Part shown: piece after piece, positions 30,971 to 45,723 of the stretch
Layout of the letters: each line of letters begins with the position of its first letter
How positions within the stretch are numbered: position 1 is the first letter of the stretch
Program-made: the position numbers and the translations under genes
The notes under the pieces: model-generated
Databases searched by the model: none
What the model saw: the letters and a program-made list of their open reading frames with translations, nothing else
Told to the model about the DNA's origin: nothing
From: the human T2T-CHM13v2.0 reference genome, Homo sapiens
Reading direction: 5' to 3' (one strand)
Assembly (NCBI RefSeq): GCF_009914755.1
Contig: NC_060937.1
Length of the DNA: 64,000 bases

Positions 30971-31784
30971 TAGAACCAATGTACATTAGATATTCCTTTA
31001 TATGAAGTGCTTATTCATTTATTTTATCTATATTTCAAGTAGCTTTTCTGTCATCTTATTATTATTGTTTTACAATGTAAATATTTAAATAGACACATCC
31101 ATCCATATATACATAGGTACATAGACAGAGACATGTACAGATACATATATTGATAAACACATGCAAACATATTTTGAAAACTAGTCCTTTCTCAGATATC
31201 TTCATTTTTAATGTAATCTTCCATGTAGTCTGTCTTTTTATTTTTTAACCATGACTATTGAGGAATAAAGGTCTTCATGTAAATAGCATCAAATTTATCA
31301 TTAGTTATTTAATACATTATTTAGGACATTTTAACTACTCTAATGTTGTGAAGGTGTTCTTCTGTGCATCAGGATCCATTTTTGGACACTTCAGTAAAGA
31401 AAAATTAAAAAATAGACAAATAAATAATCTATTTAAATTTTGTTTGGCATTTCCATTATTGTAAAATGTACATTTTTACATTTTAAAGTTCCCCAAGTTA
31501 GCTTATTACAATTCATGTCAATAGAAACATGACAGAGGTAAAGAATTGTGCTGTGTTATTAGTGACATTGCTTGCATATGTCACTAATTTGCAAATATCA
31601 ATGTCAGATGCATCTATTTGGCTCTTCAAAATAGTTATTTGCAATATTATTATCATCTGGATTAGAATTTTGTATAAATACTTCATTTTTAAATAATCAG
31701 TTAAGGAAAATTTGAAAGAACATAACACAGAACTTTCATTTGCTTGAAGTATTTGAGGGTAAGTTGCCAATATGTTATTCAATC

Positions 31785-32670
31785 TCCCCTAAATATTATG
31801 CAGTGTATTTTCTACAAGCATACAATTTTTCTATATGGGAACAATATAATCAAAAAACGGAAATTAATATCAATGTTTTGGTAAAATCTAATCCTCAGAC
31901 CCCACTCATAATCTGCTAATTGTCTTAGTAATGTTCATTATGGTAAAAAAGATCCAGTTTAGAATCATGAATCATTTAGTTGTCATGTCTTAATTTTAGT
32001 CTTTAATCTAGAAAAACTACTTAATCTTGCTTTGACTTTTATAACCTTGTCACTTACGAACAATGTGAAAGAGTTGTTTCATAGAATGTCCTCAATTTGG
32101 GTTAGTCCACAATTTAATATGATTGTGCAGAATGCCACTGAAGTGCTATCCTCCTCAGTTTGCACAATATATAAATTTTCCAATTATTGGTGATGCTTAT
32201 TTCGATTCTTTGATGAAGGTGGCATCTAATAGACTTCTCAATTGTGAAATTACTCTTTCTTTTTATAAGAAAGTATTTTATGAGATGGTATTTTAAAACC
32301 ATGCAAATAACCCATTGTTATTAAAGACTAAGTTTACTAATTTATTTATATCAGTATATACTCAACATTTTTCTTGAAGTTGATGGGCAAAATTGGTAAA
32401 TATCATTATCTGTTTTAATGCTCAAATTTCTCCTGATTTGCTTGGTCTATATTACTTAAGGTTGACATCTGTATCTTTTGATATATCATTATTATTTTTA
32501 AGTAATTTTTTTATTTTTGGTTAAAATACAATTCATGATTATCATGTATTTTTTCTGCTCCAGGCCTAAAATCAGGCACTTCCCTAAGGATTTCTGGATC
32601 TTTTCACTGGAAAAATTATACGTAGACATCATAATCAGGCTGCTAGCTGTGCTCATAGAAAGCATTTCTT
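31785..32670 (-). mobile_element. L1MC4-like 3' end
   Basis: catttagttgtcatgtctt...tctttaatctagaaaa...atagaatgtcctcaatttgggtt motifs. Confidence 0.6.
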
Positions 32671-33225
<555 letters not shown>

Positions 33226-35134
33226 GCACATAAGAGTCTTAGGACATGAGATCATAAAAATTTTCTTTCAACAGGTTATGGAGCGAGAGGTTTAACTAAC
33301 CTATTCTTAAATCACCATACAAAGTCTTGTGATTCTTCACACAACTTTCTTCTGTTGCCATGTTTTTTGTAAACGTGTATATGCTTTTTTTAAATTTTTA
33401 GATACAAATCAATCATGAGGGATGTCCTTACCTTCACTGATGTTGTTATATTATTCTGCAACAAATTTTTCAAAAGCAGACTCACATGTTGTTACACTAG
33501 TGCCAGTTAAATATATCAGCTTATTTTCTCCTTATCTTTCCCTATGTGTTGTAGTTTGAAAACATTTTTCTATAACACATGTAGTTTCTGCCAGGAAAAC
33601 ACAGACATAACATTTCTTATGAACTTGTGTTTTACAGCCAATCATTGCCACAATCATCATCAATTATGGATGCAGTTTTTCTTATAATAAAATTTTGGTT
33701 TGTTGGATTTTTCAAATAGCTTTTATTTTTTAGTATTAGAATAATGCATAAATAAATCTTAAATTTAAATTAATTTATAAATTTAAGGAAATAAATAATT
33801 CACAATAAATTTGTAGGTTTTTGTTTTTTGTTTGTGTGATGTCATAGAGATTGTAAATTTAGATTCAGGAGGTCCTACAAAATTTAGATCTAAACATTGC
33901 GATAAATTCAATCTAGAAAATACCTTTTTTAAAAAAACTTTATTTCTAGAGTGTTTTAAATTTTCTGTGGGAGAAACAAATAAAACATAAAGTATAGAAA
34001 TTGCAGGGACAGATGAACAACTCTATAATAAATATCTCCTGCCACAGAAAAAGAAAATATTCAAAGTTCTGGCAATGAAAAACTTATTTTGTGGTATTTT
34101 TTGAAAAAAGAGATCAAAATATCTTGTAATAGCTTATAAATGCAATGTTATAATTATACTAGTGATGACCCATTCTATACTACTGGACATCTCAGATATT
34201 ATGCGGTTTTAAATACATTCAGAGGAAGCCGTTGGAGATATTTGAGTAATTTTGAACCAATCTTCAGAAAATTCTAAGAAAATTTCAGATAGTTAGAAAA
34301 AATTCTATTAGAATTTGTTATTGTACCTTGCTATGTAGATGGGGCTTCATTAAAATAATATTTGAGCCCCTTAATACTTTAAAAAATGTATATTATTTTA
34401 CAATGATATCACAAATCAATCATTATATTTACATTTTAGTTTAATCTGAGATTGTTTAATACATTTGTATTTCAAATAATTAATGGAACTGATAACAAAA
34501 ACTTTCTGTTCTAATATTATGAGAGTCCAGAGTAAAGATTTACATATAAAATCATTATTCTATCTGACATAATTTAAAGAAGGAAGCATGACAATTTCTG
34601 TCTACAGAATGCTTATTTTACTATTGAGTGAGAAACTAAAAGCACTTACTAGCAGGAAGAGAGACAAAAACAAATGATACCATTCGTACATCCTCTGAAG
34701 CATTTTTCTTATCTTATTAATGCATTAACAACTTTTAGAAATACCGATGATCTTTATTTTTAACTTTAGTTTAGCTGAAGATTGCTTGTTTAAATTACTT
34801 TATTAAGGGAGCATGTAGGAAAGAAAGAGTGACATTGGGAGTCAGCTTATTATGACAGACAACTATGGATGAAGATTTTGTAGCTAAGACTCACTTTATA
34901 TAATGTGATATTGCAAATACACTTGTATAGTTTCAATTATGATTCCTATTAGAAAATAAAAAAGAAATAACCTAAAAATTCAGGAGATAGAATTACCTAA
35001 ATTTTCAGAAGATATTTAGCTATTATTACTTTAAAATTTTTCAAATGAAACTACCATAAACAGTAGGACTTTGTAGTCTTATTTGAAAACAAAACCAAAC
35101 CACACAACATAAAATTTACCATATTAGGAAAAGG

Positions 35135-37997
35135 GTGGAGAGAGGTGGCAGAATAAACCAGTTTAGCATCATTCCCCCAAAGAAAGATCAATTTGAACAA
35201 CTATACGTGCATAAAAATATCTTCACAAGAGCTAAAGAAATTAGATGCGGGATCATGATACCGGGTAGTAATACTAATAAATAATGGAAAGAAGCAAAAA
35301 GAACAACTTTACATTATTCATGTCACTCCTATCCTAACTTCAGGCAGCAGAGCATGGAGAAAAATACTGTCCTCTTGGAGTGAAAAAAGGGAAGTAAGTG
35401 CAGGACATTGCCCTGGATCCTGATACTGAGCCCACCACAGTAAAACACAGCACTAAGCAGATCCCCACAGTTCATGGCTCAAGGATAGTACCCATAAACT
35501 GAGCCCCTAGACTCACCCCAGGGCCAGATGGGAACTCGTAGATCCTCGCAATAGACTCAGCTTCCAGGCTACATCACCACCAAACAACTACAGTGGCCTT
35601 GGGTTCTGGAAAAATCTCAGAGACAATCGGTCCTTAGTAACCATAGAGATTGGTGTACCCCAGCACCATGTCAGCTTCGGCAGCCACAGGATGCCTGTCA
35701 GGTGCCCTGCCTGCCTTGAAGGCCACAGGACTCCAGTCTTGGCTGCACTGAAAGCAGTGGTCCTGGACTTAGGTTGCTCTCAACATTGCAAAGGCTGAAG
35801 TTGTCGCAGGCTTAGGGATCATACCAGCTGGTTCCCAGGCAAAGCCTGTCTGCAAAGACTGGAATAAACCTCTACTCAGATGTGCAGACATTCACATATA
35901 GCTACAAGAATTAAGAATAATCAGGGAAAGAAGATTTCACCAAACAGACAAAACAAGTGGCCAGTGACTGACCCTGAAGAGATCTAGAAGATGAACTACC
36001 TAGCAAAAAATTTAAAATACCTGTTTTCAAGAAAGCTCAGCTAACTTCCAGAAAATATAAAGAAATTATTCAGAAATTTATCAGAGAAATGCAACAGAGA
36101 CTAAATTAATAATAAAAGCCCTATATCCTGCAGAGAAAAAATACAGAGAACAAAATGAAAAATTAATACAAAATGGCAACAGCAGAATTGATCAAGTAGA
36201 AGAAAGAATCTGTGAATTCAAACAGGTTATTTGATAATGTACAGTTAGAGAAAAAATAAAAAATAAATAAAAGAGAATAAAGAAAGCTTACAGGATTTAT
36301 GGGTTGCATCAAAAGAACAAATACACAAGTTATTGGCATTCAAGAGAGAATAGAGGAAAATTGAATAGAAAAAATATTTTAAGAAAATGCAGTATAAAAC
36401 TTTCCAAACCTGGAGAAAGATATAAATAACCAGATAGAGGAAAATCAAAGCTCACTAATCAGATTCGCTCCAAACAAAAAGACCCCACTATATGTTATAA
36501 TCAAGCTCTCAAAAATTCAAGCCAAAGAGAGAAGTTTTAAATTCACAAGAAAACAAGAAGAACATGATATATAAAAGAACTCCAATAGGCCTAGCAGCAG
36601 ACTGTTCAGCAGAAACCTTACAGACCAGGAAAGAGTAGAATGATATATTCAATATACTGAAGAAAAAAACCTACCCAGCAAAAATACTGTACTATGCAAA
36701 GTCATCCTTCAGAAATGAGGGAGAGATAAAGAGTTTCTCAGACAAATAAAAGCTGAGAGAGATTATCACCTCCAGATATGTCTTACAAAAAATGCTAAAA
36801 AGAATTCTTCAACTAGAAAGAAATAGACACTTATGAGTAACAATAAAACTTACTGGTAAGTAAGTAAGTAAGTAGAGAATTAAGTTCAGAATAGTCTAAT
36901 ACTGTAAAGATAGTATGTAATTCACTTATATCTTTAGTATGAAGCTTAAATCACAAAACTATTAAATAATAATAACTATAATAATTTTAGGTTATATAAA
37001 ATATGTACAATATAAAATATGTAAATTGTGATATCAAAAATCCAAAATGTGGGCAGGGGAAGTGGAATTAAAGTAGTGCGTGTGTTCAAAGTAATGTGTT
37101 ATCAGCTTAAAATAATGTGCTATAACTCTAAGGTGTTTTTTGTAAGCCTCTTGGTAACCGCAAAGTAAAACCTAGAATAGATACACTAAAAACAAGAAGT
37201 GAGGAAACAAAACATAATATTTGAGAAAATTACTTAACTACAAAATCACACAGTAGAAGAGAAAGAAGAAAGTATATGCAAAACAAACAAACAAAAATAA
37301 TAAAATGGCAATAGTAAGTTCTTATGTACCCATGTAAATGGAGCAATTCTTCAATTAAAAGACACAGAGCAGCTGACAAATAACAAAACAATACCCAACT
37401 ATATACTGCCTAAAAGAGATTAACTTCCCTGTAAGGACACACATAGGTTGAAAGTAAAGAGATGAAAAAAAAAATCCATGCAAATGAAAGTTAAAAACAA
37501 CAAAAAAGGAGAAGCTATACTTATATCAGATTAAATAGAATTTAAGTCAAAAACTGTAGAAAGAGACAACCAAAAAAGTCATCACATAATGGCAGCATGG
37601 TCAGTTCAGCCAGAGGACATAACAGTTGTAAATATCTATGCACCCAATATCAAAGTACTTAAATATACAAGCAAATATTAATGTTACTAAAATTTGAGAT
37701 AGACTGTAATACAGTAATAGTAGAGGACTTAAGCACCTCACTTTTAGAAAGGACATCACTCAGGCAAAAATATTTTTAAAAATCATGAGATTTAAATATT
37801 ACTATGAACAATTATATGCCCAACAAATTAGATAAACTAGAGAAAATGGATAAATCCTTGAGCACATATAATCTACCAGGATTAAATTATAAAGAAATAT
37901 AAAATATTAACAGACCAATAAAGAGTAATGAGATTGAATCAGTAATAAAAAGTCTGCTGTCAAAAAAAAAAAAAGCCCAGGACCTGATGATGGCTTT
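35135..37997 (+). mobile_element. L1M (L1MA-type) 5' UTR, ORF1 and ORF2 5' portion; 3'-truncated
   Basis: ORF1 motifs (agcagaaaccttacagaccaggaaagagtagaatgatatattc), EN motifs (gtaaatatctatgcacccaa), internal deletion near 37800, ends at aaaagcccaggacctgatgatggcttt. Confidence 0.8.
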
Positions 37998-37999
37998 TG

Positions 38000-38150
38000 T
38001 CGTGGTTGTTGATTTGTTTTTGTTTTTGAGACAGGGTCTCACTTGGTTACCCAAGCTGAAATGCATCAGCATGGTCATGGCTCACTGCAGCTTTGACCTC
38101 CCAGCTCCCAGGCAGGCTCAAGTGAACCTCCTGCCTCAGCCTCCTAAGTT
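38000..38150 (-). mobile_element. AluJ right arm / FRAM-like fragment
   Basis: ttttgagacagggtctcac...ggctcactgcagctttgacctcc...ctcctgcctcagcctcctaagt. Confidence 0.8.
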
Positions 38151-38565
38151 GAGACAAAAACCAGAGCATTGGACAGTCCCCTGAAAATACAGAACTTTGT
38201 ACATATGTTTCACTCTTCTCCTTAAAAGGAGAAACCACTCTTCTCTTTTTTTTTCTTTTTTCACTTTGGAGGAGCTGTGAGCTGAGCCGTTCCTCTCAAC
38301 CTGCTGACCTGTGCCAGCTTGGGAAAAGGCATATACTGTCTACTGCCTATAATATAGATGATACTATCATTTATGTGAAATATATTTTCTTACCTGTTTC
38401 AATGTGGCTGTTACTGACTTTGGGCTTGCATGGAATACAGTCTTATTTAATTTATGGTTTTTCATAAAGGGTTTTTGGACTCTATACTGTATTGATTTTA
38501 AGGTAGTATCTCTGTGGAGGGAACAAAATCTGAGGCTTCCTACTCTGCCATTTTGCTAATATTAT
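38151..38565 (-). mobile_element. 5' end of an old L1M
   Basis: Ends cttcctactctgccattttgct, the reverse of the L1M start agcaaaatggcggagtaggaag. Confidence 0.55.
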
Positions 38566-38660
38566 GCCCAAGAAAAGACATTTAAAAAGTATTAAGACAT
38601 TTAATTTGCCAGAAAGGATATATAAAAATGTTGCATTTTGATTACTTTAAAATTGAAACT

Positions 38661-38748
38661 ATATTGATTCTTCCTATCAATGAACATGAAATGTTTTTTT
38701 TTTCATTTGTTTGTCTCATCTCTGATTTCTTTGATCAGTGGTTTGTAG
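38661..38748 (-). mobile_element. Isolated 88-bp L1P ORF2 fragment
   Basis: Homologous to the in-window L1PA7 at about 47696-47780 (ttgattcttcctatc...catttgtttgt...agtggtttgtag). Confidence 0.7.
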
Positions 38749-39971
38749 GTTAACTACTTGTTTAAATTAGATATTTACAAGTAATTGTGAATAATTAAAA
38801 TATACTTTATGATTGCCATTTTTTCTAACTTGGAATTTAGCTAATAAGTCTTTTTTTATCAAGAAGATTAAGATTGTATTAAAACTCTTCTATATTCTTA
38901 ACTTTGGTCATTCATTCAGATTTGATGGTACTAAATGAAATATGTTTATAATATCTATTATAAATAATATGAAATGTGCTTAAAGTCCAAACAATGCCTC
39001 TTGCATAGTTTCTATATTAATCTTTTCACATTATTTTTTATGTATTGGTATTAGGCACATATTCATTACTTTATTTCTACACACCATTGTGTATATCACT
39101 TCTTGTTTTATTTTTTCAAAGAGTTGACATATCTTTCATATTTATATTTATATTTATGTTGCTTGTATTAGAATTCATGTTGCAATACTTTGCTCAGATA
39201 TCTTTATATTTCTGTTAATTTATGGTCCCTTACTTACCTGAAAAACAGTACTGTCTACATCCAGAAAAAAAAATCATTATTTCCAGTAGAAAAACAATTT
39301 ATCTCAGGTTCCATCAGAGAGAGATGTCTTTACAGTGCCTACTTTCAGATATTTTTTTCTTACAGAAAAAAAGGTCAATACATTTCAACTCATAGTTGAA
39401 GTATGGGAAAAATAAATAAATTGAGAAGATTGCTAATATTTGGTAGTATGATGAAAATAAAGATACACCAGAAATACTCAAGGCTATTATGGAAAAATTA
39501 TCCTCTAATTGCCTGTGCTATACCTGACCTCAGCCACTCTTTTATGGTTACACACAGTGTAGTCATTATCAACAAATGCACACCCCAAATATCATCCTAC
39601 TCTTGGGTTACCTCTCCTCTTCACAGATCCTTTTGTAGTACTTTTCCAGATTACTTTTACTCAATCAAGACCTTTGATTTATTGACTCAACCATTACTTC
39701 AGTATCCATCCCCTCCACTTATCCTTCTGTTTCTCAGTAATCAACTTAAATATGACCCATTCTTTTGATCATGTAATGAAACTTAATCATTATTAAATCT
39801 AAGTCTCTGTCTCTTCCACACCGTCCTGTTTTTACGTGGCATGTCATGGACAATGAACACAGTCTTTGTGACTAACTACACATTGAATTGATGATCACAA
39901 TATGAGAACTGCTTACCAATCCTATTATATTTCCTTACTAAATGTATTCTGTGAACTCCATGGATGACTGC

Positions 39972-40372
39972 TGTGCGAGTTCAGCTTCTGCATGAAACAG
40001 AAAACGAAGACATAATTTGACGTATAAGAGATTTTTGGAGAAAACACTTATGAGGAAAAGTGGGCAGGAACTTGGGGGAGATTAGAGAGTCATCAGGCTC
40101 AAAGCAGGTCTAACCCCTATGAAAGAGAAATGGAAGGAAGAAGACTGGGTGAAGAAACGTCATGTGCAATGCAGCTGTTGAGAAATTCTTAAGCCAAAAT
40201 CACTCATCAGATAAATCCCCCATCTTTCCGGAATAGGCCTGTGTTAGTTGAAAACAGCCTAAGTATGTGTCAGGCATATAAACAAGATGCTAAATTTTAG
40301 AGTGAATCATGCAGGACCAGTTATGCAATGTACACTCAGAGACCTTATGGGTACAATTTCATGGCCACCACA
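39972..40372 (-). mobile_element. ERVL LTR16-like solo LTR
   Basis: TG...CA bounded, about 400 bp, terminus atggccaccaca (reverse tgtggtggccat); interrupts L2-like sequence. Confidence 0.55.
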
Positions 40373-41230
40373 ACTATTCCACGCCTTCCCTCTCTTCTTT
40401 CAACCAGAAACTCTTACTTCCTCTTCAAACACAGCTAACCACTAAAACCCTTTATATTGAGATAAGAGCATTCAGAAGACAACGAACTCATCCTCCTCTC
40501 ACATAATCTACCAGTCTATCTGCAATATATATATGTATAATGTGCTCCTTATATATATGTATAATGTGCATCTTCCCAGAACTATGAATAGGTTGTCTCT
40601 ACTTGCATTTAAGATCAGCCAGTCCACTTGTGTTTTGCATCCAATCCCTTCTGGCCTGCTCTCTCCTTCACTGCTTTCTCTCTACCAGTTCATATCTATG
40701 TTAATATAAACATACTGAGACTGCAACAAAACTTTTACAAAATAAAATAAGTAACGAATGATTCTTGAACATTTTTTTCCTCAAGTGGCCTGCCATCTCT
40801 TGGCTGTCTTTTATAAGTAGTTTTCCCTCAAAGATATCTAAAGCTGTCTCTTTCCCTCCCTTATTTTTTTGAACCAGCTCTTATCAGCTTTTCTATACCA
40901 CTTACTGAATTTTTTAAATGTTCTCCAGTGATTTCTATTGTGCCATACTCAGTAAGCACAATTTAGCCTTCATTTCACTTGATCGTCCTCCTTGAAATAC
41001 CTTCTTTTGGCTACACTGATTTCATTCTCAGTCTTTCTTTTGCTTCGTCAGCTTCCTTTACTTTTTTTCCCTTCCACATTCAGATCTTCAATTCCTCAGT
41101 GTCCTATGGCTCAATCCCCACCCTTCTCTTGCATCTGTTCTCATTTCCTACATGATTACATTCATTCTCACTACTTTATACAATACAGATATACTTATGC
41201 TAATTACTAATTTATACTTCCTTTCAACTT
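40373..41230 (+). mobile_element. L2 LINE fragment
   Basis: Pyrimidine-rich L2 motifs (ccagtgatttctattgtgcc; ccttgaaataccttctttt; cttatgctaattactaatttatac). Confidence 0.55.
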
Positions 41231-42559
41231 TAACTATGAGCTCATATTTAAATTTTCCAAATATAAATAAAATATGTAATCTAATTATAACAGAAAAGAT
41301 TTAATATGAAATAATATTTATACTATGTAGTATATAATATATACTATTATAATAGCACAAAATCATGAAACACAATAAATATCTGAAATCAAAACAGCAT
41401 TATTGTATTCCAATGAATGCCTATCCTCAACTACCAGGAGATTATTGAAACTTATCTTCTTGAATTCTGTACATTTTAATGTAATCACTATTCTCCTGAA
41501 AGAAAGAAAGGATACACTGATATTACAATGTATGAACTCCACCTATATAATCTTCTCTCTACAGCCTCTTTATTGCAGGTAACTATTCATGATAAATTGA
41601 AGATTTTAGCACCCGGAGGTAAAGTCATGATATTCATTCCAAGGCTTGTCGTCATCCTCAGAGATGCTAACTTTCATACAAATTAGCCAGTAAACATGCA
41701 GTCCTTTTAGAGCGGTAACTTCCTTATATCCACCTTATCTGACTATGATTGCATCTTTGATTTTATCATTACCCAGAATTTCTTTTCTATTGTTTCTATT
41801 ACTAGATCTACTTTTACAAATGCAAATGAAGTTCATTTCAATTTAATTAAATAATAAGTATCTTTTACAAGAAAGGTATACTACCTTTAAAGATTCCATA
41901 TCTTTATAGAGTGAGCATTCTGTTATGATATCTAACTCTACAGCAAATATAGTTACATAATTTTTTACTAAGTATACAACAGCATAAGAAAAGTAATTAT
42001 ATAACACATGTGCTTGAAATATCCTCTTATATCAGCATATGTTTTGAATGAACAATGTTGTTTTCAGGAATAATATTTTGGTATAATGATTTGTTTCCAA
42101 AAAGCATGAGGTAATACTGTTATTTGAGAATAGCGCTCAATGCTATTTAAAGCAAAAATACAAATGCTTCCATGGTAACAGCACACTTTCAATTTTCGAC
42201 ATAAGTAAAAATTATGAAGAGAAGTGAGAAAAAATATTGATTTTTAAAATTAGCAATATTGTGTTCCCTTCTTAAATGATGAAACACCTACTAAAATTAG
42301 AAGACAATTGAGCTTTGGGAGCAGTTATATTCATTTACTTGGTTATCATTCCATAAGCATATGATATACAAATGACTAATTTTTGATGAAGTAAATAAAA
42401 TTTAGTCTTAAATATGCAGAAACATTTTTTAAATTCATCAAAATATAGGGTTAGGTTTTATGCAATACAGAAAATGTTAACTGTTTTTGACCAAATACAG
42501 ACTTATGAAAATAATGGTGCAGAAGATATACAGCTTTCAGTTACTGCTTACTTAAGCGT

Positions 42560-42790
42560 TCTCACCTGAAAACACCCCTCTCCACTTTAGTACCCCCATT
42601 GTAATGGCTTACCACACAAGCCATTTCTAGACTCAGTGCCTTTGCACTGTTGACTGCTAGAAATTTCTTCTCTGGAATCTTCTTATGAATTGCTCTTTTT
42701 TTGTATTCTTGAAACTTAATTTCAAATATGACTTTCCTTCGTAGAGTTTCACTGACCATCTAACGTAAATTGCCTGTTATCTATCCAGCC
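42560..42790 (+). mobile_element. L2 3' fragment
   Basis: ctcagtgcctttgcactgttgactgctagaaat...cttaatttcaaatatgactttcct. Confidence 0.5.
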
Positions 42791-42815
42791 ATTATAGAAG
42801 TTTAACTGTAATTTT

Positions 42816-43137
<322 letters not shown>

Positions 43138-44199
43138 TTATGTAAATATAGTTAGCTCCCTTTGCCACAATGTGTTTCCATTTTATTTTAATTATTGCCA
43201 GTCTCAGAAGAAGGATATACATTGTTAGTTGTGTAAAAAAATAAAAACTATTCTCAATTCTTTTTTCTCCTAAACCATAGACAGTATGGTAAGAAATGGT
43301 GGTAATAGTAACCTGCACTTTTGTTTACTGTTTCTCAGTCGCTTATAAAGATTTTGTGGACTCAGCAACTGCAAAGTGAAATATACTTCAGCAGTAGGGA
43401 CTGGAAGTGTTACTATTTGGCAATATGTGGTGCTAATATTTTGTGAATTAGAATATTTGTAGTTTTAACAAGAGTCTACTCCCAACACCTTGGTTTACAA
43501 ATATCTTTTCAAATGTCTGAGTGGTCAGTTTATTTAACACAGATGCATAGAGCAACCCAAGTCACTAAGAGATTGTAAAATGTAAGACTAATTCTCTACT
43601 CCAAAGTTGAAATTTAGATCACATTTTATATGTTCCAGATGAGTGATTGTTTATTTAATATTTGGGTATTTAAGACTTACAGTTAATGCTTAACTACCTA
43701 AGCAAAGTTGCAGTGCTCCCTCCTGGCCTCATGAATCTACTGGGGGAAAAAAAGTGGAAAGGAGCCCAGGGTTACAAAAGGGGATATATAATAATTGGTC
43801 TTCTCCGCTCCTAGTAAAAACTATTAAAATCTGATGGCATGGAAAAGAAGTCATTCATACCCAAAGTCATCTATTGTCAAGTACAGGTAAGGACATATAT
43901 TCTGTTACCTGATCCTGGGAAATGAAATGTGAGTACAGATTGAGTATTGATTAGCCTTAGGAATTTCCTGGGGTAGCCATCAGGCCCTCGCATCTGCAGA
44001 AGTCAGCACTGTAATTTCACCATTTATGTGAGTGACCAGGCACCTGAAGACTAAGCAACATTATCTCGATAAAGGTGTCTTGGTGTTCAGGGGATGGGTA
44101 TCCAATCCCTACAGCATATCAGTGATGATCAGGGAGATTAGCTGAAGATAAGTAAAAAACAACTGACCAGTCTAGAAAAGCCATCAGTAAAAACAGATC

Positions 44200-45710
44200 A
44201 CAGGAGACTTTTGTGGCAGGTCATGACATAGTAAATAATACGAAAAAGACCTTCCTTCAGTATACAAGTATGAAAATGAGTCTGGAATCAATCAGAAAAC
44301 TGTTTTGAGCATTGTACAACATTTAGGGAGAAAGGAAAATCTTTAGAGCTTCATGCTCAACAAGGTTTTCTGTCTGTCAGGGAGCTGGCAGGAGCCTGTT
44401 AGCAGAACATGGTCTTGATGAGCTAAGAAGAGGCAGAGGTCAGAATTCTGTTATTGAAGCAACTGGAAGTTGCAGGTCAGTGCATTAGGGAAGACAGAAT
44501 GCAGGCAGAGCTACATATGCATGAGATGAAACAATGTGAAACTCACTACAGATTGACTTAGTAGACAAACCTCAGTAAAATTCCATGCTAACACCTCAGA
44601 CATCCTGCTGAAACACCTAGAATAAGTCAAATTCTAGCGCCATCTTAACAAAGCTTACAACCATACCCTGACCAGATCCACAAGTGAGAAAGAGTATGAA
44701 GCTTAAGTCCCACTAAGTTAGAGGAACTTGGAAAGCAGCTCAAGTTTTTCATAGATCTGCCCACAAATAGCACTAAGCAAGCTTACAGAAGTTCACATTT
44801 TCCAACCCACAAGTTAACTGCCTGTGAGGGAGGAAATCACTGCTTTAAGAGACCAGAATTGAAATCTCAGCAATGTATAATTCACATATCCAGAGTCAAA
44901 AATGGAAAATTATTAAACATGAAAAGAAACATGAAAAATGTGACTCATTAAATTAAAAAAGTGGTCAATATAAGTAAACCAGATATGGAACCTGTGTTGG
45001 ATTTATCAGGCAAAGACCTCAAAAAAGTTATTTTAAATTTCTAAAGAAATCTCAATGAGTGAAGGGCAAGGGAGCAAGGGAATCTCAGCAAGAAGTGGAA
45101 ACAACAAAATATATACCAAAGTTGATCTAAAGTGTTCAATAATTGAAATGGAAAAGTACTGGATGGGTTTAAGAGCAGACTGGAGATGGTGGAAGAAATT
45201 GTTAATGAATGTAAAGATTGATCAATGAAAATTATTCAAAACAAAGAACAGTGAAGATAATATTGAAGAAAAATGATTAGAGATGTAGTGACCTGTGGGA
45301 CATATCAAAGCATCTGGCAATTGCACTCTCTAAAAAAAAATCAAAGGAGTTTGGGGCAGAAAAATATTTGTTTTTAAATGGCAAGTGCTTCCCAACTTTT
45401 TAGGAGAAGAACACCCGCTTATAGATTCAAAAACTCAGCAACCCACAGGAATAATAATATTGTTAAAAACTGAATGTATGTTAAATTTTTGAAGTAAACT
45501 ATTTTTCTATTAAAATAAAGGACAAAAATAATATAACAATTTGAATAGATGCAAAAAAAATTGCTGGACAGTTAATGCACATTTATGAATAAAGAAAACA
45601 AACAATAAAGAAATAAATTACCATTAGCATACTGGAACTACAAAGAATTTTCTCTATATGGTATTGGCCTTCTAAATGTTCACCTAACTTCATATTTCAG
45701 AATGAAATAT
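44200..45710 (+). mobile_element. Old L1M (L1MC/ME) 5' region, ORF1 and ORF2 remnants
   Basis: ORF1-like actggatgggtttaagagcagactggagatggtggaagaa...gacctgtgggacatatcaaagc; ORF2-like aatagatgcaaaaaaa. Confidence 0.55.
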
Positions 45711-45723
45711 TGAATACTTTTCT

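Noticed and set aside
39403-39768. 121-aa ORF
   Set aside because: No recognisable domain; it runs into L2-like sequence and fits a chance ORF.
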